DNA from: Octopus sinensis
Lineage: Eukaryota
Assembly (NCBI RefSeq): GCF_006345805.1
Contig: NC_043001.1
Span: 116,870,001-116,934,000 of the forward strand
Reading direction: 5' to 3'
DNA length: 64,000 bases
Shown: positions 40,031-54,113 of the stretch, one piece after another
How the letters are laid out: each line of letters starts with the position of its first letter
Numbering within the stretch: position 1 is the stretch's first letter
Position numbers and translations under genes: made by a program
The notes under the pieces: generated by a model
What the model saw: the letters and a program-made list of their open reading frames with translations, nothing else
Told to the model about the DNA's origin: nothing
Database searches by the model: none

Positions 40031-40284
40031 TATATAAGTCAGTCGTAAATTAAGCTGATGCCGTTGAGAAAAATACTGTGGCTTTTGTCATTGATTACAA
40101 AGATGGTGCTTTTTCAAAAAAAAAAAAAAAATCTAAGTCGACTTCGGTGTTTTGGGCTTTACGTTCCAAGTCACCCAATGTCGTTGAAACAATACCAACA
40201 AGTTACTGGTGTTCGGCTCTCATCAACCGCTTTCTTCTTCCAGTACAACGTTTAGTCCTTTCTTTAGCTAAAATCTATCCTTTA

Positions 40285-40512
40285 TTTTTTACTGGTTTCA
40301 GTTATTGGACTGCGGCCTTGCTGGGTTAGTGCCTTGAAAGGTTTTAGTCCAATGAATCGACTTAAGCACTCATCATTTTAAAACCTGGTACATGTTCTAT
40401 AAGTCTCTCTTATGCCAAACTGCTAAGTTATAGGGACATAAGCGAACCAACACCGGTTGTCAAGCAGTGGGATGGGGGAACAGTCACAAACATTAATTCG
40501 CGCGCGCGTCCA

Positions 40513-40554
<42 letters not shown>

Positions 40555-40712
40555 ACGAGCTTCTTTCATTTTTTCCCCCTGTCAAATCCACTCACAAGAC
40601 TTTGGTCTGCCCGGGGCTAAAGTAGAAGACATTTGACCAAGGTTCCACACAGTGGGTCTGAACCCAGAACCATGTGGTTTGGAACTAAACTTCTTACCAC
40701 ACAGCCATACTT
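40285..40712 (-). mobile_element. SINE family C
   Basis: Homologous to 47927-48360. Confidence 0.8.
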
Positions 40713-41609
40713 GCTACGAACATAACAGTAACCCATTTCTCTATCCGTTATAAGTTAGGTCCGAAGGTTCGTGCTTATGTAAGAGATAATTACCGCCTTC
40801 GTTGTTATCCCGTTATCGACTCATCCCCTCGGCTTCTTACTCCCCTTCCTTTCTCTTCGTCACTTGTCCCTTTTTCTTCTTTTTACCTTCACCTTTACCT
40901 TCCACTCATGACTCTACTCTGACTTCTCCCCCTACCCCTCATCGCTGTCATGATAAAAATTTTCGTCACAATCCAACGTGGAACGTCTATATGTGGTTGT
41001 TTTCCATGCTAGAAATAACAACTAAATTGTTCTCAAATCACACGTCTAAGAATCGGGATGCTACAGTTGAAACGCTAAAGAAACACCACCATCACAACCA
41101 TTTTATTTGTGTACTATTGTATCTGCATAAAATTGAATTAAATGGCGGCGTTGGTGGTGTTGATGATGGTGGCGGTGATAGTAGCGGCGGCGGCGGCGGT
41201 GCCGGCGTTTGTTGGTTGCGATGATGGTGGTGGGCACGGAGGGAGTAGATGATGATAGAGGTAGTGATGGAAATGATAATAGTAAGGGTGACGTTGGTGG
41301 TACAAGTGATAGTGGTGGGTGGTGGCAGCGGTGGTGGTGGCGGCGGTTGTGGAGTTGGTGGCAGCAGTGGTGGGTAGTGGGAGCGGTGGTGGTGGAGGCG
41401 GTTGTGGCGGTGGTAGTGATAGTAGTCGTGGCAGAGTTGATGGTGTTAGCGATTATGGTGGTGGTGGTGGTGGTAGTTTTGCTATAGGTGACGATGGTGT
41501 CGGCGCTTGTGGTGGTGGCAACTAGTGATAGCGATGTTGTTGATAATGGTGTTATTGTCGGTGTTGCCGCTGATGGTGATAACGGGGCTGCTGTTGATGT
41601 TAGTGATAT

Positions 41610-44600
41610 CAGTCATGGTGGTAGTGATGATGATAGTAGAGGAGGTGGTGGTGGTGGTGGTGATGGTGGTGCAGTCATGGTGGTAGTGATGATGATAGTA
41701 GAGGAGGTGGTGGTGGTGGTGGTGGTGATGGTGGTGCAGTCATGGTGGTAGTGATGATGATAGTAGAGGAGGTGGTGGTGGTGGTGGTGGTGATGGTGGT
41801 GCAGTCATGGTGGTAGTGATGATGATAGTAGAGGAGGTGGTGGTGGTGGTGGTGATGGTGGTGCAGTCATGGTGGTAGTGATGATGATAGTAGAGGAGGT
41901 GGTGGTGGTGGTGGTGATGGTGGTGCAGTCATGGTGGTAGTGATGATGATAGTAGAGGAGGTGGTGGTGGTGGTGATGGTGGTGCAGTCATGGTGGTAGT
42001 GATGATGATAGTAGAGGAGGTGGTGGTGGTGGTGGTGGTGATGGTGGTGCAGTCATGGTGGTAGTGATGATGATAGTAGAGGAGGTGGTGGTGGTGGTGG
42101 TGGTGGATGGTGGGCAGTCATGGTGGTAGTGATGATGATAGTAGAGGAGGTGGTGGTGGAGGTGGTTGATGGTGTGTCATGGTGGTATGATGATGATAGT
42201 AGAGGAGGTGGTGGTGGAGGTGGTGGTGATGGTGGTGCATCATGGTGGTAGTGATGATGATAGTAGAGGTGGGTGGTGGTGGTGGTGATGATCCATGGCA
42301 GTCATGGGTGGTATGATGATAGTAGAGGGAGGTGGTGGTGGAGGTGGTGATGGTGTGCAGAGGTGGTGGTAGGTGATGATGATAGTAGAGGAGGTGGTGG
42401 TGTGGTGGTGGTGATGATGGTGCAGTCATGGTGGTAGTGATGATGATAGTAGAGGATGGTGGTGTTGGTGGTTGGTGGATGATGGTGCAGTCATGGTGGT
42501 AGTGATGATGAAGTATAGGAGGAGGTGGTGGTGGTGGTGTGGTGGTGATGGTGGTGCAGTCAATGGTGGTGAGGTGATGATGAGTAGTGATGAGGTGGTG
42601 GTGGAGGTGTGGTGATGGTGGTGCAGTCAGGTGGTAGTGATGATGATAGTAGAGGAGGTGGTGGTGGTGGTGGTGGTGGTGATGGTGGTGCAGTCATGGT
42701 GGTAGTGGATGATATAGTAGAGGAGGTGGTGGTGGTGGGGTGGTGGTGATGGTGGTGCAGTCATGGTGGTAGTGATGATTATAGAAGGAGGTGGTGGTGG
42801 TGGTGGTGGTGTGGGCAGTCCCATGTGGTAGTGATGATGATAGTAGAGGAGGTGTTGGTGGTGGTGGTGATGGTGTGTGCGCAATGGTGGAGTGATGATT
42901 ACGTAAGGAGGTGGTGGTGGTGGTGGTGATGGTGGTTGCATTCATGGTGGTAGTGATGATGATAGTAAGGAGGTTTGATGGTGGTGGTGGTGATGTGGTT
43001 GGCGTCATGGTGGTAGTGATGATGATAGTAGAGGAGGGTGGGTGGTGTGGTGAGGTGGTGCAGTCATGGTTGGTAGTGATGATGATAGTAGAGGAGGTGG
43101 TGGTGTGGTGGTGGTTGGTGATGGTTGTGGCAGTCATGGTGGTAGTGATGATGTAGTATAGGTGGTGGTGGTGCAGTCATGGTGTAGTGATGATGATAGT
43201 AGAGGAGGTGGTGGTGGAGGTGGTGGTAGTGAGTGGTGTGTAGTGATGGTGGTGGTGGAGGTGGTGATGGTGGTTGCAGTCATGGTGGTCGTGAATGATG
43301 ATAGTAGAGGAGGTGGTGGTGTGGAGGTGGTGTGATGGTGGTGCAGTCATGGTGGTAGTGATGATGATAGTAAGAGGAGGTGGTGGTGGTGGTGGTGGTG
43401 ATGATGGTGCAGTGATGGTGGTAAAAAAAAGTGATGATTAGTATGAGATGCGGTGGTGGTGGTGGTGGTGGTGATGGTGGTGCAGTCATGGTGGTAGTGA
43501 TGATGATAGTAGAGGAGGTGGTGGTGTAGGTGGTGGTGATGGTGTGCAGTCATGGTGGTAGTGATGATGATAGTAGAGGAGGTGGTGGTGGTGGTGGTGG
43601 TGGTGCAGTCATGGTGGTAGTGATGATGATAGTAGAGGAGGTGGTGGTGGTGGTGGTGGTGATGGTGGTGCAGTCATGGTGGTAGTGATGATGATAGTAG
43701 AGGAGTGTGGTGGTGGTGCAGTCATGGTGGTAGTGAATGATGATAGTAGAGGAGGTGGTGGTGGGTGGTTGTGATGTTGTGAGTATGTGGAGTGATGATG
43801 AATAGTAGAGGAGGTGGTGGTGTGGTGATGGTGGTGTGGCATGTCAGTGTGGTAGTGATGAATGAATAGTAGAGGAGGTGGTGGTGGTGTGGTGGTGATG
43901 GTGGGTGCAGTCATGGTGGTAGTGATGATGATAGTAGAGGAGGTGGTGGTGGGTGGTGATGGGGTGCAGTCCATGGTGGTAGTGAGGATGATAGTAGAGG
44001 AGGTGGTGGTGANNNNNNNNNNNNNNNNNNNNNNNNNNNNNNNNNNNNNNNNNNNNNNNNNNNNNNNNNNNNNNNNNNNNNNNNNNNNNNNNNNNNNNNN
44101 NNNNNNNNNNNNGATGATGATAGTAGAGGAGGTGGTGGTGGTGGTGGTGGTGATGGTGGTGCAGTCATGGTGGTAGTGATGATGATAGTTAGAGGAGGTG
44201 TGGTGGTGGTGGTGATGGTGTGCAGTCATGGGGTAGTGTGATGATAGTGATGATGATAGTAGAGGTGGTGGGTGGTGGGGTGGTGTGATGGTGGTGTGCA
44301 GTCATGGTGGTAGTGATGATGATAGTAGAGGAGGTGGTGGTGGTGGTGGTGATGGTGGTGCAGTCATGGTGGTAGTGATGATGATAGTAGAGGAGGTGGT
44401 GGTGGTGGTGGTGATGGTGGTGCAGTCATGGTGGTAGTGATGATGATAGTAGAGGAGGTGGTGGTGGTGGTGGTGGTGATGGTGGTGCAGTCATGGTGGT
44501 AGTGATGATGATAGTAGAGGAGGTGGTGGTGGTGGTGGTGGTGATGGTGGTGCAGTCATGGTGGTAGTGATGATGATAGTAGAGGAGGTGGTGGTGGTGG

Positions 44601-44806
44601 TGGTGGTGGTGAGGTGGTGCAGTCATGGTGGTAGTGATGATGATAGTAGAGGAGGTGTGGTGGTGGTGGTGGTGATGTGGTGCAGTCATGGTTGTAGTGA
44701 TGATGATAGTAGAGGAGGTGGTGGTGGTGGTGGTGATGGTGGTGCAGTCATGGTGGTAGTGATGATGATAGTAGAGGAGGTGGTGGTGGTGGTGGTGATG
44801 GTGGTG
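41610..44806. repeat. G-rich compound minisatellite, 59-65-bp unit, roughly 50 copies
   Basis: Core GCAGTCATGGTGGTAGTGATGATGATAGTAGAGGAG plus (GTG)n-ATGGTGGT; flanked by cryptic GGT/GAT simple sequence (41145-41609, 44807-44940). Confidence 0.97.
44013..44112. other. Assembly gap (100 N)
   Basis: Direct reading; inside the satellite, so the true array length is unknown. Confidence 0.99.
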
Positions 44807-45370
44807 ACGGTGGTGATGGTCGTAGTGGCGGTGGTGGTGGTGTTGATGGTGTTGATGGTGGTGGTAGTGGTGATAGTGGCGGTGGTGATGTGTTGATGGT
44901 GGTGGTGGTGGTGGAAGCGATGGTGGCGACAGTGATGGCATGGAGCGAGAACTGTTATGTAAAGTTATTTTTGTTAAGAATTCTGCTACAAAATGATTCT
45001 ATTTTCGCTTTTGAATTCGGTCAGCAAAAGGAATAACACAATATAACGTAAATTACATAATTTAAAACAATATATATATATATATATATGAGAGGTAATG
45101 GTGTCACTGAGACCCAGAGGTGTCAGGTAATGCTGAATAAGTGCTGTAGAGAAACCATAGTAAAGTTCCAGGTTCGGTAATTTTGCGAATAAGGGGTTCA
45201 ACGTTGGTCATGTGTCAGCGTGTGTATACAAAATTTTTGCGTAATGAGATAAAAACCCAGGCTGTGTAGATATTAGAACATTTATATATATATATATATA
45301 TAGATATATATATTATATATATATATATATATATATTATATAATATATATATATTATATATATATATTAT

Positions 45371-45407
<37 letters not shown>

Positions 45408-45550
45408 GTATAATTAAACATTTATATATATTCATGCATGTATGTATGCATGTGTATTATAAATTATATACTAACATATGTGTTTTAAAATATGATTTAT
45501 ATAAAGAAGAGATAGGTGATCATAATGTGATTACATATACATACATTAGC

Positions 45551-45581
<31 letters not shown>

Positions 45582-46608
45582 CAGATGCACAAGGTGCAAG
45601 TATATGTATGTATATATGTATGCATGTATAACAATGTTATGTAATATGCATGCACATCCATCCATCCACCCATCCATCCACCCATCCATACATACATACT
45701 TACATGCATATGCACAGACACACAGACAACATACACACACACATGCACACACATATGCATGCATGCACATATGCAAATACGCCCATACGAAGACCCCCCC
45801 CCCAAATAAAATAAAATTACCAGCGAAAGTATACAAAACAAAAGAAACAAAAGAATAACTAAACAAACAAAACAAAAAAAAACTAAAACAAAACCATAAA
45901 AAACTAAAACAAAACCATAAAAAACTAAAACAAAACCATAAAAAACTAACAAAAAAAAACGACAAACAATGATGGGGGAATATACAGCTAATTATGCTAC
46001 ACACAGTGAAGGAATTATTATTACTTGTGTACTGAATTTCTTCTAACACATACATACATACATATATGTATAAATACATACACACACACACACACGCACA
46101 CACACACACACACACGCACACACACACACAGGCTCTCGAGTGCTGTCATCACCAGCGCCCCACCCATCCTACCAAACAGCCTCACTCCGCACATTCGCCT
46201 GTTACTCTTTCTCCCACTCACACTTCACTCGTCAGTTACATCACACTCTCAGTTGAATTTTACCGCCCCCTGCTCTCAACTTCCTACTCTCTCTCTCTTT
46301 CACTCTCATCACTTACCTTACTCCCTTCTTTTTTTTAACCTTCTCACTATCTCCTCTTTCTACTTTTCTCTCCCCTCCTCCTCCCCCACCTCATCCTGCT
46401 CTCGTTTTTCTTTATCTTCTTTCTTTTTTTTTTTGTTTTCTATATCTTCTCTGTCTCTCTTCTTCTCTGTCTTTCTTTTTAGAAAAGAAAAGTGGCTTAC
46501 ACACTCCAGCTGCAAGCTCTTTGATTCATTTAGTCGAAAAATCTACCTCGACCGGCTTCCCAACTTTAAATATTCCTTGGTAGAGACAAAAAAAGAAAAG
46601 GCAATAAA

Positions 46609-46983
46609 ATGGGAGACAACATCAAAAATTACAGTTTCAACACCGGCAAGATTTCAACTTTTGGAGTACTTGACTATGTAATATTTTCTTTGACTCTGAT
46701 GGTATCCGTAGCCATCGGGATATTTTATGCCATCAAAGACCGGCACCAAACAAGTACGAAAACGTATCTTCTTGCCGGGGGTAATATGTCTGTATTGCCC
46801 GTGGCCCTTTCGTTGGTGGCCAGTTTTATGTCGGCTATAACACTTCTAGGGACACCTGCTGAGATATATAATTTCAACACCATGTTCATGGACATGACTC
46901 TAGCTTATATCGTTGCTATGTTCCTGGCTGCTTACGTCTATGTTCCTATATTCTATCGGTTGCACATCACCAGCGTTTACGAA
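46609..46983 (+). CDS. SLC5A8-like: First coding exon (125 codons) of an SLC5 sodium:solute symporter (SMCT/SMVT/NIS group)
   Basis: DYVIFSLTLMVSVAIGIFYA...YLLAGGNMSVLPVALSLVASFMSAITLLGTPAEIY...VPIFYRLHITSVYE followed by GTGAGT at 46984; in-frame TAA at 46567; phase-0 intron after YE as in vertebrate SLC5A5/A8. Exact orthology unresolved. Confidence 0.93.
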
Positions 46984-47642
46984 GTGAGTCCCTTTTGATT
47001 TTGTTTTATCTTCTAATTTCAATTGTCTTTTCTTGTTGTGGGGAAGATTTCAGTCTTTACTTATTCTGACATGCCTTTATATATATCCAAATGTATGTAT
47101 ACACGTGTATGTGTGTGTGTTAGGTGTGTGTGTGTATGTTTATATGTGTGCATGTTTGTATGTACGCATGCATGCATGTATATATAAATGTACATATATT
47201 TATGGATATATATATATATATATATATTCAAGATTAATCAGCCGAAATTGCGAGGATGATCCGATTCTTGACTCAAGATTAAAGTCCGTGTTTTTTGTAT
47301 CGTCTTCTGAATGTTTTGCGTTCTTGTCCCAGTTTGTATTTTTTATACACACACACACACACACACATACAACAGTTATGAGGCTGTTCTACGCATTACT
47401 TGCCTTTAATAGTGTCGTCACTAGAGTATGGGTTCCCCTCCCCATTCAGGTATTTAAGCTCACACAAGCTTATACAGCAAACCAAATGTGCCGCCCCCTT
47501 AAATGTGTCACCCGGGGCGAACCGCCCCCTCGACTCCACCCTATCTAGGCTACTGACCTTTAAGATACATCTTAGTACGTTTCATAGAGTAAGCATCTGT
47601 TACAGAAACTGGAAGTTTTCAGTACCTCTCAGTGACTTGTGG

Positions 47643-47878
47643 AAGGCGGCGAGGGGCTGGCAGAAAGGTTAGCACGCCGGATGTAATGCTTAGCGGTATT
47701 TCGTCCGCCGTTACGTTCTGAGTTCAAATTCCGGCGAGGTCGACTTTGCCTTTCATCCTTTCGGGGTCGATAAATTAAGTACCAGTTACGCACTGGGGTC
47801 GATGTAATCGACTTAATACCTATGTCTGTCCTTGTTTGTCCCCTCTATGTTTAGCCCCTTGAGGGTAATAACGAAATA
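47643..47878 (+). mobile_element. SINE family A (intronic)
   Basis: Full-length match to the family consensus. Confidence 0.9.
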
Positions 47879-47926
47879 GGTTTCATCTATAATCGAAATC
47901 TTCAGATGAGGATTTCCTTCTTAGAA

Positions 47927-48154
47927 TACTCTTTACTCTTTTACTCTTTTACTTGTTTCAGTCATTTGACTGCGGCCATGCTGGAGCACCCCCTTTAATC
48001 GAGCAACTCGACCCCGGGACTTATTCTTTTGTAAGCCCAGTACTTATTCTATCGGTCTCTTTTGCCGAACCGCTAAGTAACGGGGACATAAACACACCAG
48101 CATCGGTTGTCAAGCAATGCTAGGGGGACAAACACACTCACACAAACACACACA

Positions 48155-48199
<45 letters not shown>

Positions 48200-48360
48200 G
48201 ACAGGCTTCTTTCAGTTTCCGTCTACCAAATCCACTCACAAGGCATTGGTCGGCCCAAGGCTATAGTAGAAGACACTTGCCCAAGATGCCACGCAGTGGG
48301 ACTGAACCCAGAACCATGTGGTTGGTAAGCAAGCTACTTACCACACAGCCACTCCTGCGC
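47927..48360 (-). mobile_element. SINE family C, full length
   Basis: Head GCGCAGGAGTGGCTGTGTGG...GGTTCAGTCCC; CORE-like CTTGGGCAAGTG; internal (TA)/(CA)n; tail repeats AGTAAA(A)G. Confidence 0.9.
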
Positions 48361-48799
48361 GTATTTATTTTAGTTGATTATCTGCAATGTTTCTTCGATA
48401 CAGAGATTGCACAAAATTCTGTTAATGTAATTGTCGTGTGTGTTTCTTTTTCAGTTGTCAACCATAGTTTTTTTGGGGTTTTTTAAAGAAGCGTATCAAC
48501 ACATCATTTCGATCGATTTATATTCGATCATCATCTAGACGAACCTAATCTGATTGCAAGCAGCCAAAGTAGCTTCGAACAGGGAACCTTTATTTCTAAA
48601 CTCGGGGAAATAACGCTCATACTCATTTTGATCTCGATACATGTCCATAATCTTTAACTGTTATTACCCTTAGTTCAGAAATAAAGGTTCTTATTTCGAA
48701 ACCAACCCGGTACATATCGGGGAGCACGATATTTGATGACAGTCAGAAATCAAATTGATCGAAATGTAGATATAAACATTAAAAAAATTATCTCTCTCT

Positions 48800-49024
48800 C
48801 TTTTACTCTTGTACTTGTTTCAGTCATTTGACTGCGGCCATGCTGGAGCACCGCCTTTAGTCGAGCAAATCGACCCCGGGACTTATTCTTTGTAAGCCCA
48901 GTACTTATTCTATCGCTCTCTTTTGCCGAACCGCTAAGTGACGGCGACGTAAACACACCAGCATCGGTTGTCAAGCAATGCTAGAGGGACAAACACAGGC
49001 ACAAACATACACACACACACACAC

Positions 49025-49082
<58 letters not shown>

Positions 49083-49257
49083 ATATATACATATATACGA
49101 CAGGCTTCTTTCAGTTCTGTCTACCAAATCCACTCACAAGGCTTTGGTCGGCCCGGGGCTATAGCAGAGACACTTGCCCAAGGTGCCACGCAGTGGGACT
49201 GAACCCGGAACCATGTGGTTGGTTAGCAAGCTACTTCCCACACAGCCACTCCTGCGC
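48800..49257 (-). mobile_element. SINE family C, full length
   Basis: As above. Confidence 0.9.
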
Positions 49258-50310
49258 CTATAATCTGTAAACATTATGTTAATTAGTTCAATAAATAATG
49301 ATTGTATTAATAGCTGCTAATCTCACACACATATCCACGGATACCAGAAGCAGCTACTAGTACTTAAAGCCAGAGCTTGCTCATTTAAAAGCTTAAGTTA
49401 TGTAACTGAAGTGGGATAAATATAATATGTACGTACTTTCTTTCCAGTTGTCTCTCATACAAATGAAAGACTTATCTAAAAATCTGATTTATTATCTGAT
49501 GCCTTACACACATGCAGGAAACGACACTGTATTTAGCTAAATATTGTAGTCAAGTACTTTGCTGTTTGCGCTAATGCAATAGAACTAACCAGAGAAATAA
49601 TGGTAATTACTTCCTTCTATTTATCTCAGTTCTTAGATAGAACCATTTCATTTCACGTGGGAAATGCATCGAACGTAAGAAATTCCCATCACTTCTAATG
49701 ATTTAAAACCTAAATAAAAACAAAATCAATATCTCTGTTTTAGCGGAGATGTTGACAGGTCGGAGGAAGCAATTACGACGGGTCGCAGGGGCAAAACACT
49801 TCATTTTGTATTATTTGAGTCTGATTAATTTGGGGATTAAATTGATGATGTAATCAATATTTTTCATGAATGCTAGTAAAGCAACGAGAGACTCTATACA
49901 AACTGAAACTCGAATAGAATCAGTGAATTCCTGTTGTTGAGAAACAACACCATTATATAATAATTCCTCTCATTTTTATTGGTCTGTGCGAGCAAAAATA
50001 TTACTGTGATTTTAATTTTTCTGAATGTACACATAATTATAATCTGTAATTGTTAAATTATTTTAAGTAACTAACATTTTGTGTGCACGCATTAATTTCT
50101 TATGCATACAAGTTTATTTTATGTGTGTACTAGTTGCAACACGTGTGTTTGTATGTGTGTATGTGTATATATGTGTGTGTATGTGCATGCACTTGTATAT
50201 GCACTCAGTTTATCGGGAACAGTGGTGCACTACTAACACGAGATATGAAATTACATAGATCTTAAAATGACGGGATATGTGCGTATGTATAAATGTACGA
50301 ATGTAATGTA

Positions 50311-50347
<37 letters not shown>

Positions 50348-50507
50348 ATAGGCGCATGTGTGTATGTACATGTAGATGTATGTATGTGTGTATGTGTATG
50401 TGTATATATAACGGGAAGTTTTATGAAAATAAACAAAAGACGAAGGCAGGTGGAATACAAACAAACAAATGTATTAGTATGGCGCTCAGGAATATAAATA
50501 AAACAAG

Positions 50508-50545
50508 TCTTTTACGTTTCGAGCCTACGCTCTTCAATAGAAAGA
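50508..50545 (-). ncRNA. Decayed minimal hammerhead ribozyme-like motif
   Basis: UCUUU-CUAUUGA-A-GAGC guag GCUC-GAAAC-GUA|AAAGA; stems perfect, core G5 and A6 altered. Confidence 0.5.
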
Positions 50546-50671
50546 TACACAGAAAAAAAAACACAGAAAGAAACAAGGAGAGAAAAAAAATGCGTGCAGA
50601 AGCTAGCGAATCAACATGGCGACACACACATATATATATATACACATACACACACACACACATATATATAG

Positions 50672-50705
<34 letters not shown>

Positions 50706-51000
50706 TCATGCATACACATGCCACATACAAAAACGTGCACACACGCACATTTCTGCAGGAAAAATCGAACTTGATACGTGACGTGGAGCATATGTATTCT
50801 GCTGTTAAACTATGAAAGTGATTCAAGGGCCTAGAACTTATTGGTGGTACTTACCCTGGCCTATATGGCCCGTGTGTTATTTATGCAACTTTACTGCAAG
50901 GTAATAAAGAATAACACACGCAATCAAACACACAGATGCTCCAGCGCACGCATGCATGCATGTATGTATGTATGCATGTATGTATGCATGTATGTATATA

Positions 51001-51864
51001 CAGGGTGCGGTGAATAAATTGTCTAAATTACGCAAAAATAACACTGACATCTCATTTTAACAGATATATCAACCAAAATTACATAAAAAATATCTCAAAA
51101 TATTAAAAAGTAAATTTATTTACTAAAATCGCCTTTGGCTTCAACCACGGCCTCCAGACGATCTCGGAATCTTCTGCATCTCTTCTGCACGGTCTCCTTG
51201 TTTAAGTTGGTAAATGCTGCCATAATCCTTGCCTTCAGTTCATCTTTGGTATTACAAGGAGTTTTGTTGGTCTCTCACTCAATTGCGGCCCACACATAAT
51301 AATCAAGGGGTTTGCAGTCTGAGGAGTTAGGCGGCCGGATGTTAAGGGTGATGTGGTTGCAGAAATTGTCTGACAGCCATGTCTGGGTTCTCCTGCTTGT
51401 GTGGCATGGTGCAGAGTTCTGTTGCCAGACATAGGGTCTTCCAGCAGCCACCCTCTTGACCCCGACACTTGATGTAAGCCTCTGTGTTGAGTGTGAGGCT
51501 GTGTGGGAAGATGAGTGGAGGCATAACGTCGCCATCGGTAGTGATCACTCTAAACACCATGATGCTGACCGGATGTTTTATTTTTATCACTCTCTGTACA
51601 TGTCCCCAGATTGCACTGTTCTCAGATTGACACCCAAACTCTTTGGAATGTTCGTATTGGAGCTTCCGATGCGAATACCAAGCAGCAGTACACCATGTCG
51701 TTTCCTGATTTCTGGACGAGTGAATTGCATCAAGGTGCTGTTTTTTCCCAGACGGTGCCCAACTGACCCTACCAATTCTGTGTAGTCGACAAAATCAAAA
51801 TCAAACAATGGGTATGCGCGAAATTAAAAATATAAAATGGTGACACTTTACCTATCGCACCCTG
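51001..51864 (-). mobile_element. Internally deleted Tc1/mariner element, DD37D (maT-like) family
   Basis: TA|CAGGGTGCG...CGCACCCTG|TA; WQQ(N)SAPCHTS + exactly 37 residues + DYYVW; HTH start near 51590-51730. Confidence 0.88.
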
Positions 51865-51880
51865 TATGTACGTATGTATG

Positions 51881-51911
<31 letters not shown>

Positions 51912-51968
51912 GTGTATGTATGTATGTATGTAAGTGTATGTATGTATGTATGTATGTATGCATGTATG

Positions 51969-52002
<34 letters not shown>

Positions 52003-52170
52003 TGCATGTATGTATGTATGTATGTATGTATGCATGCATGTATGCATGTATGTATGTATGTATGTATGCATGTATGCATGTATGCATGTATGTATGTATG
52101 TATGTATGTAAGTGTATGTATGTATGTATGTATGTATGTATGTATGTATGTGTGTGTGTGTGTGTGTGCG
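51865..52170. repeat. (TATG)n microsatellite
   Basis: Direct reading; begins at the TA TSD of the mariner. Confidence 0.95.
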
Positions 52171-53084
52171 TACGTACGTTTGTGCATGTGTTTATCTTAT
52201 GCCACTCTGCGTGCAATTACTGAAGCTTATATATGTCCCGGGTCATTTCAAGATCTAACATTACAGCTAGACAAGACTTTGCTGATAAGGTATGATAAGT
52301 CAGAAACACGCTCAGAATTGCTACTGTAATGTTAAATATCCCGCTCACTCCCCATTGCATTATATATTTAATTTTAATTTTAATTCAAGATTGTCTCTCC
52401 TGTCTCGACCGAGCTGAATTAGTAATTATGTTAATGACGTGTTCTCATCATTACAGAAATAATTTTAATTAATTAAAAATTCTTGACTTATTATTCTAAG
52501 TATGTTAGTATCCCTTTACGTCTAAGGAGTAATTAATCTCATAGACAGGATGAAAAGAATTGAAAGATATGTAAATATTCCTTAATTACCGCGGAAATTG
52601 TTTTTGCTATTGTTGTTGTTGTTGCCATTGTTAAGCAGTTTTATAGGGATTTCAGTGTTGACCATATAGTTTCTTGTTATTTATTTATTTACTTATTTAT
52701 TTTTAAAAATATATTTATTATACTCGACATAAGCAAAGAATTTCATTGTGTCTGGTACACAAATCTGTCAAAACTGCCCATCTATGGACTCTTCTTTTCC
52801 CGTCAATATCGCACTAGTGCGGTGTATGTTGATGGAGTACTTTCTGACTCACTCTCTTTCGACTCTGGCGTGTTCAAGCTTCGGTTCTGTACCCCACACT
52901 CTTTCTTCTATTCCTCTCCAACACTTCCCACGCCTAATCTTCTGCATTCGCTCGTCATCCATATGCGATATAGACAACTCATACCAAACCTGCACTGACT
53001 CTAATGGAAATATCCTCTCATGGGATCAGGCTAATGTTACCTCCTGCAAAGAGGAGCAGTCATTGTACATGTTAAGAGGCACTG

Positions 53085-53473
53085 TGGAGGCGCAATGGCC
53101 CAGTGGTTAGGGCAGCGGACTCGCGGTCATAGGATCGCGGTTTCGATTCCCAGACCGGGCGTTGTGAGTGTTTATTGAGCGAAAAACACCTAAAGCTCCA
53201 CGAGGCTCCGGCAGGGGGTGGTGGTGATCCCTGCTGTACTCTTTCACCACAACTTTCTCTCACTCTTACTTCCTGTTTCTGTTGTACCTGTATTTCAAAG
53301 GGCCGGCCTTGTCACTCTCTGTGTCACGCTGAATATCCCCGAGAACAACGTTAAGGGTACACGTGTCTGTGGAGTGCTCAGCCACTTACACGTTAATTTC
53401 ACGAGCAGGCTGTTCCGTTGATTCGGATCAACCGGAACCCTCATCGTCGTAACCGACGGAGTGCTTCCATCCA
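53085..53473 (+). mobile_element. SINE family B, tail type 2, full length
   Basis: 12-bp TSD TAAGAGGCACTG at 53073-53084 and 53474-53485. Confidence 0.9.
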
Positions 53474-54113
53474 TAAGAGGCACTGAACAGTATGTAACTT
53501 ACACCCTCGTGGTCGCTTCAAATAATGCTTTACTATCAGTGAGAATAACCCTGCGATGGACTAGCGTCCCTTTCAGAGGGCATGTTGTGATCTCGGTTAC
53601 TTGTACCTCATGAAAACCGGGTAAACTTGAGATAGTATAATGTAACTCACTGAAAATATTTCCAAAACGCGCGCACAAGAAGGCTCGAGGGCATTTGAGA
53701 CTCTACTATCATGGAAGATCTAAGGCACATGCACGGCTGGTGAGGCTCGGACGTGCCAGACACCGCCAACGTTTTCTTTTCTTTATATTAAAACTGTTTT
53801 TTAGTGAAAATTCAAAAAATATATTTTCAGTAGAATATGCACGACTAGTACTTGTTTTTCCGTTACTAATTCCACTGTTTCACTAAATCAGTATGTAAAA
53901 TGTTCAACTCGATGCAGTCACTAACTTGTAAATTCATAAAATAATAGAAATTAATAGAAAATCAGTGCTAATGAAAGCTCTGGCAGCGCAGATCGAACAT
54001 CAAATGTCTATAATGATAAAGTAGATATAGAATGTTACTTTAGAAAAATATTTTATCGCTGGTGAAACTTGAGGTAAAAAGCTCCTTTTCAAAAATGTTA
54101 AGGGAACAAGGGG

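Noticed and set aside
42100-44012. Higher divergence of central satellite units as a mutational process
   Set aside because: Mostly 1-bp indels next to an N gap, typical of low-quality consensus.
41209-44941. His-, Pro-, Thr- and Gly-rich ORFs as structural proteins
   Set aside because: Unit length is 2 mod 3, frames rotate and stop; products of the satellite.
53085-53160. SINE heads as tRNA genes
   Set aside because: No complete cloverleaf or acceptor stem; they continue into SINE bodies with TSDs.
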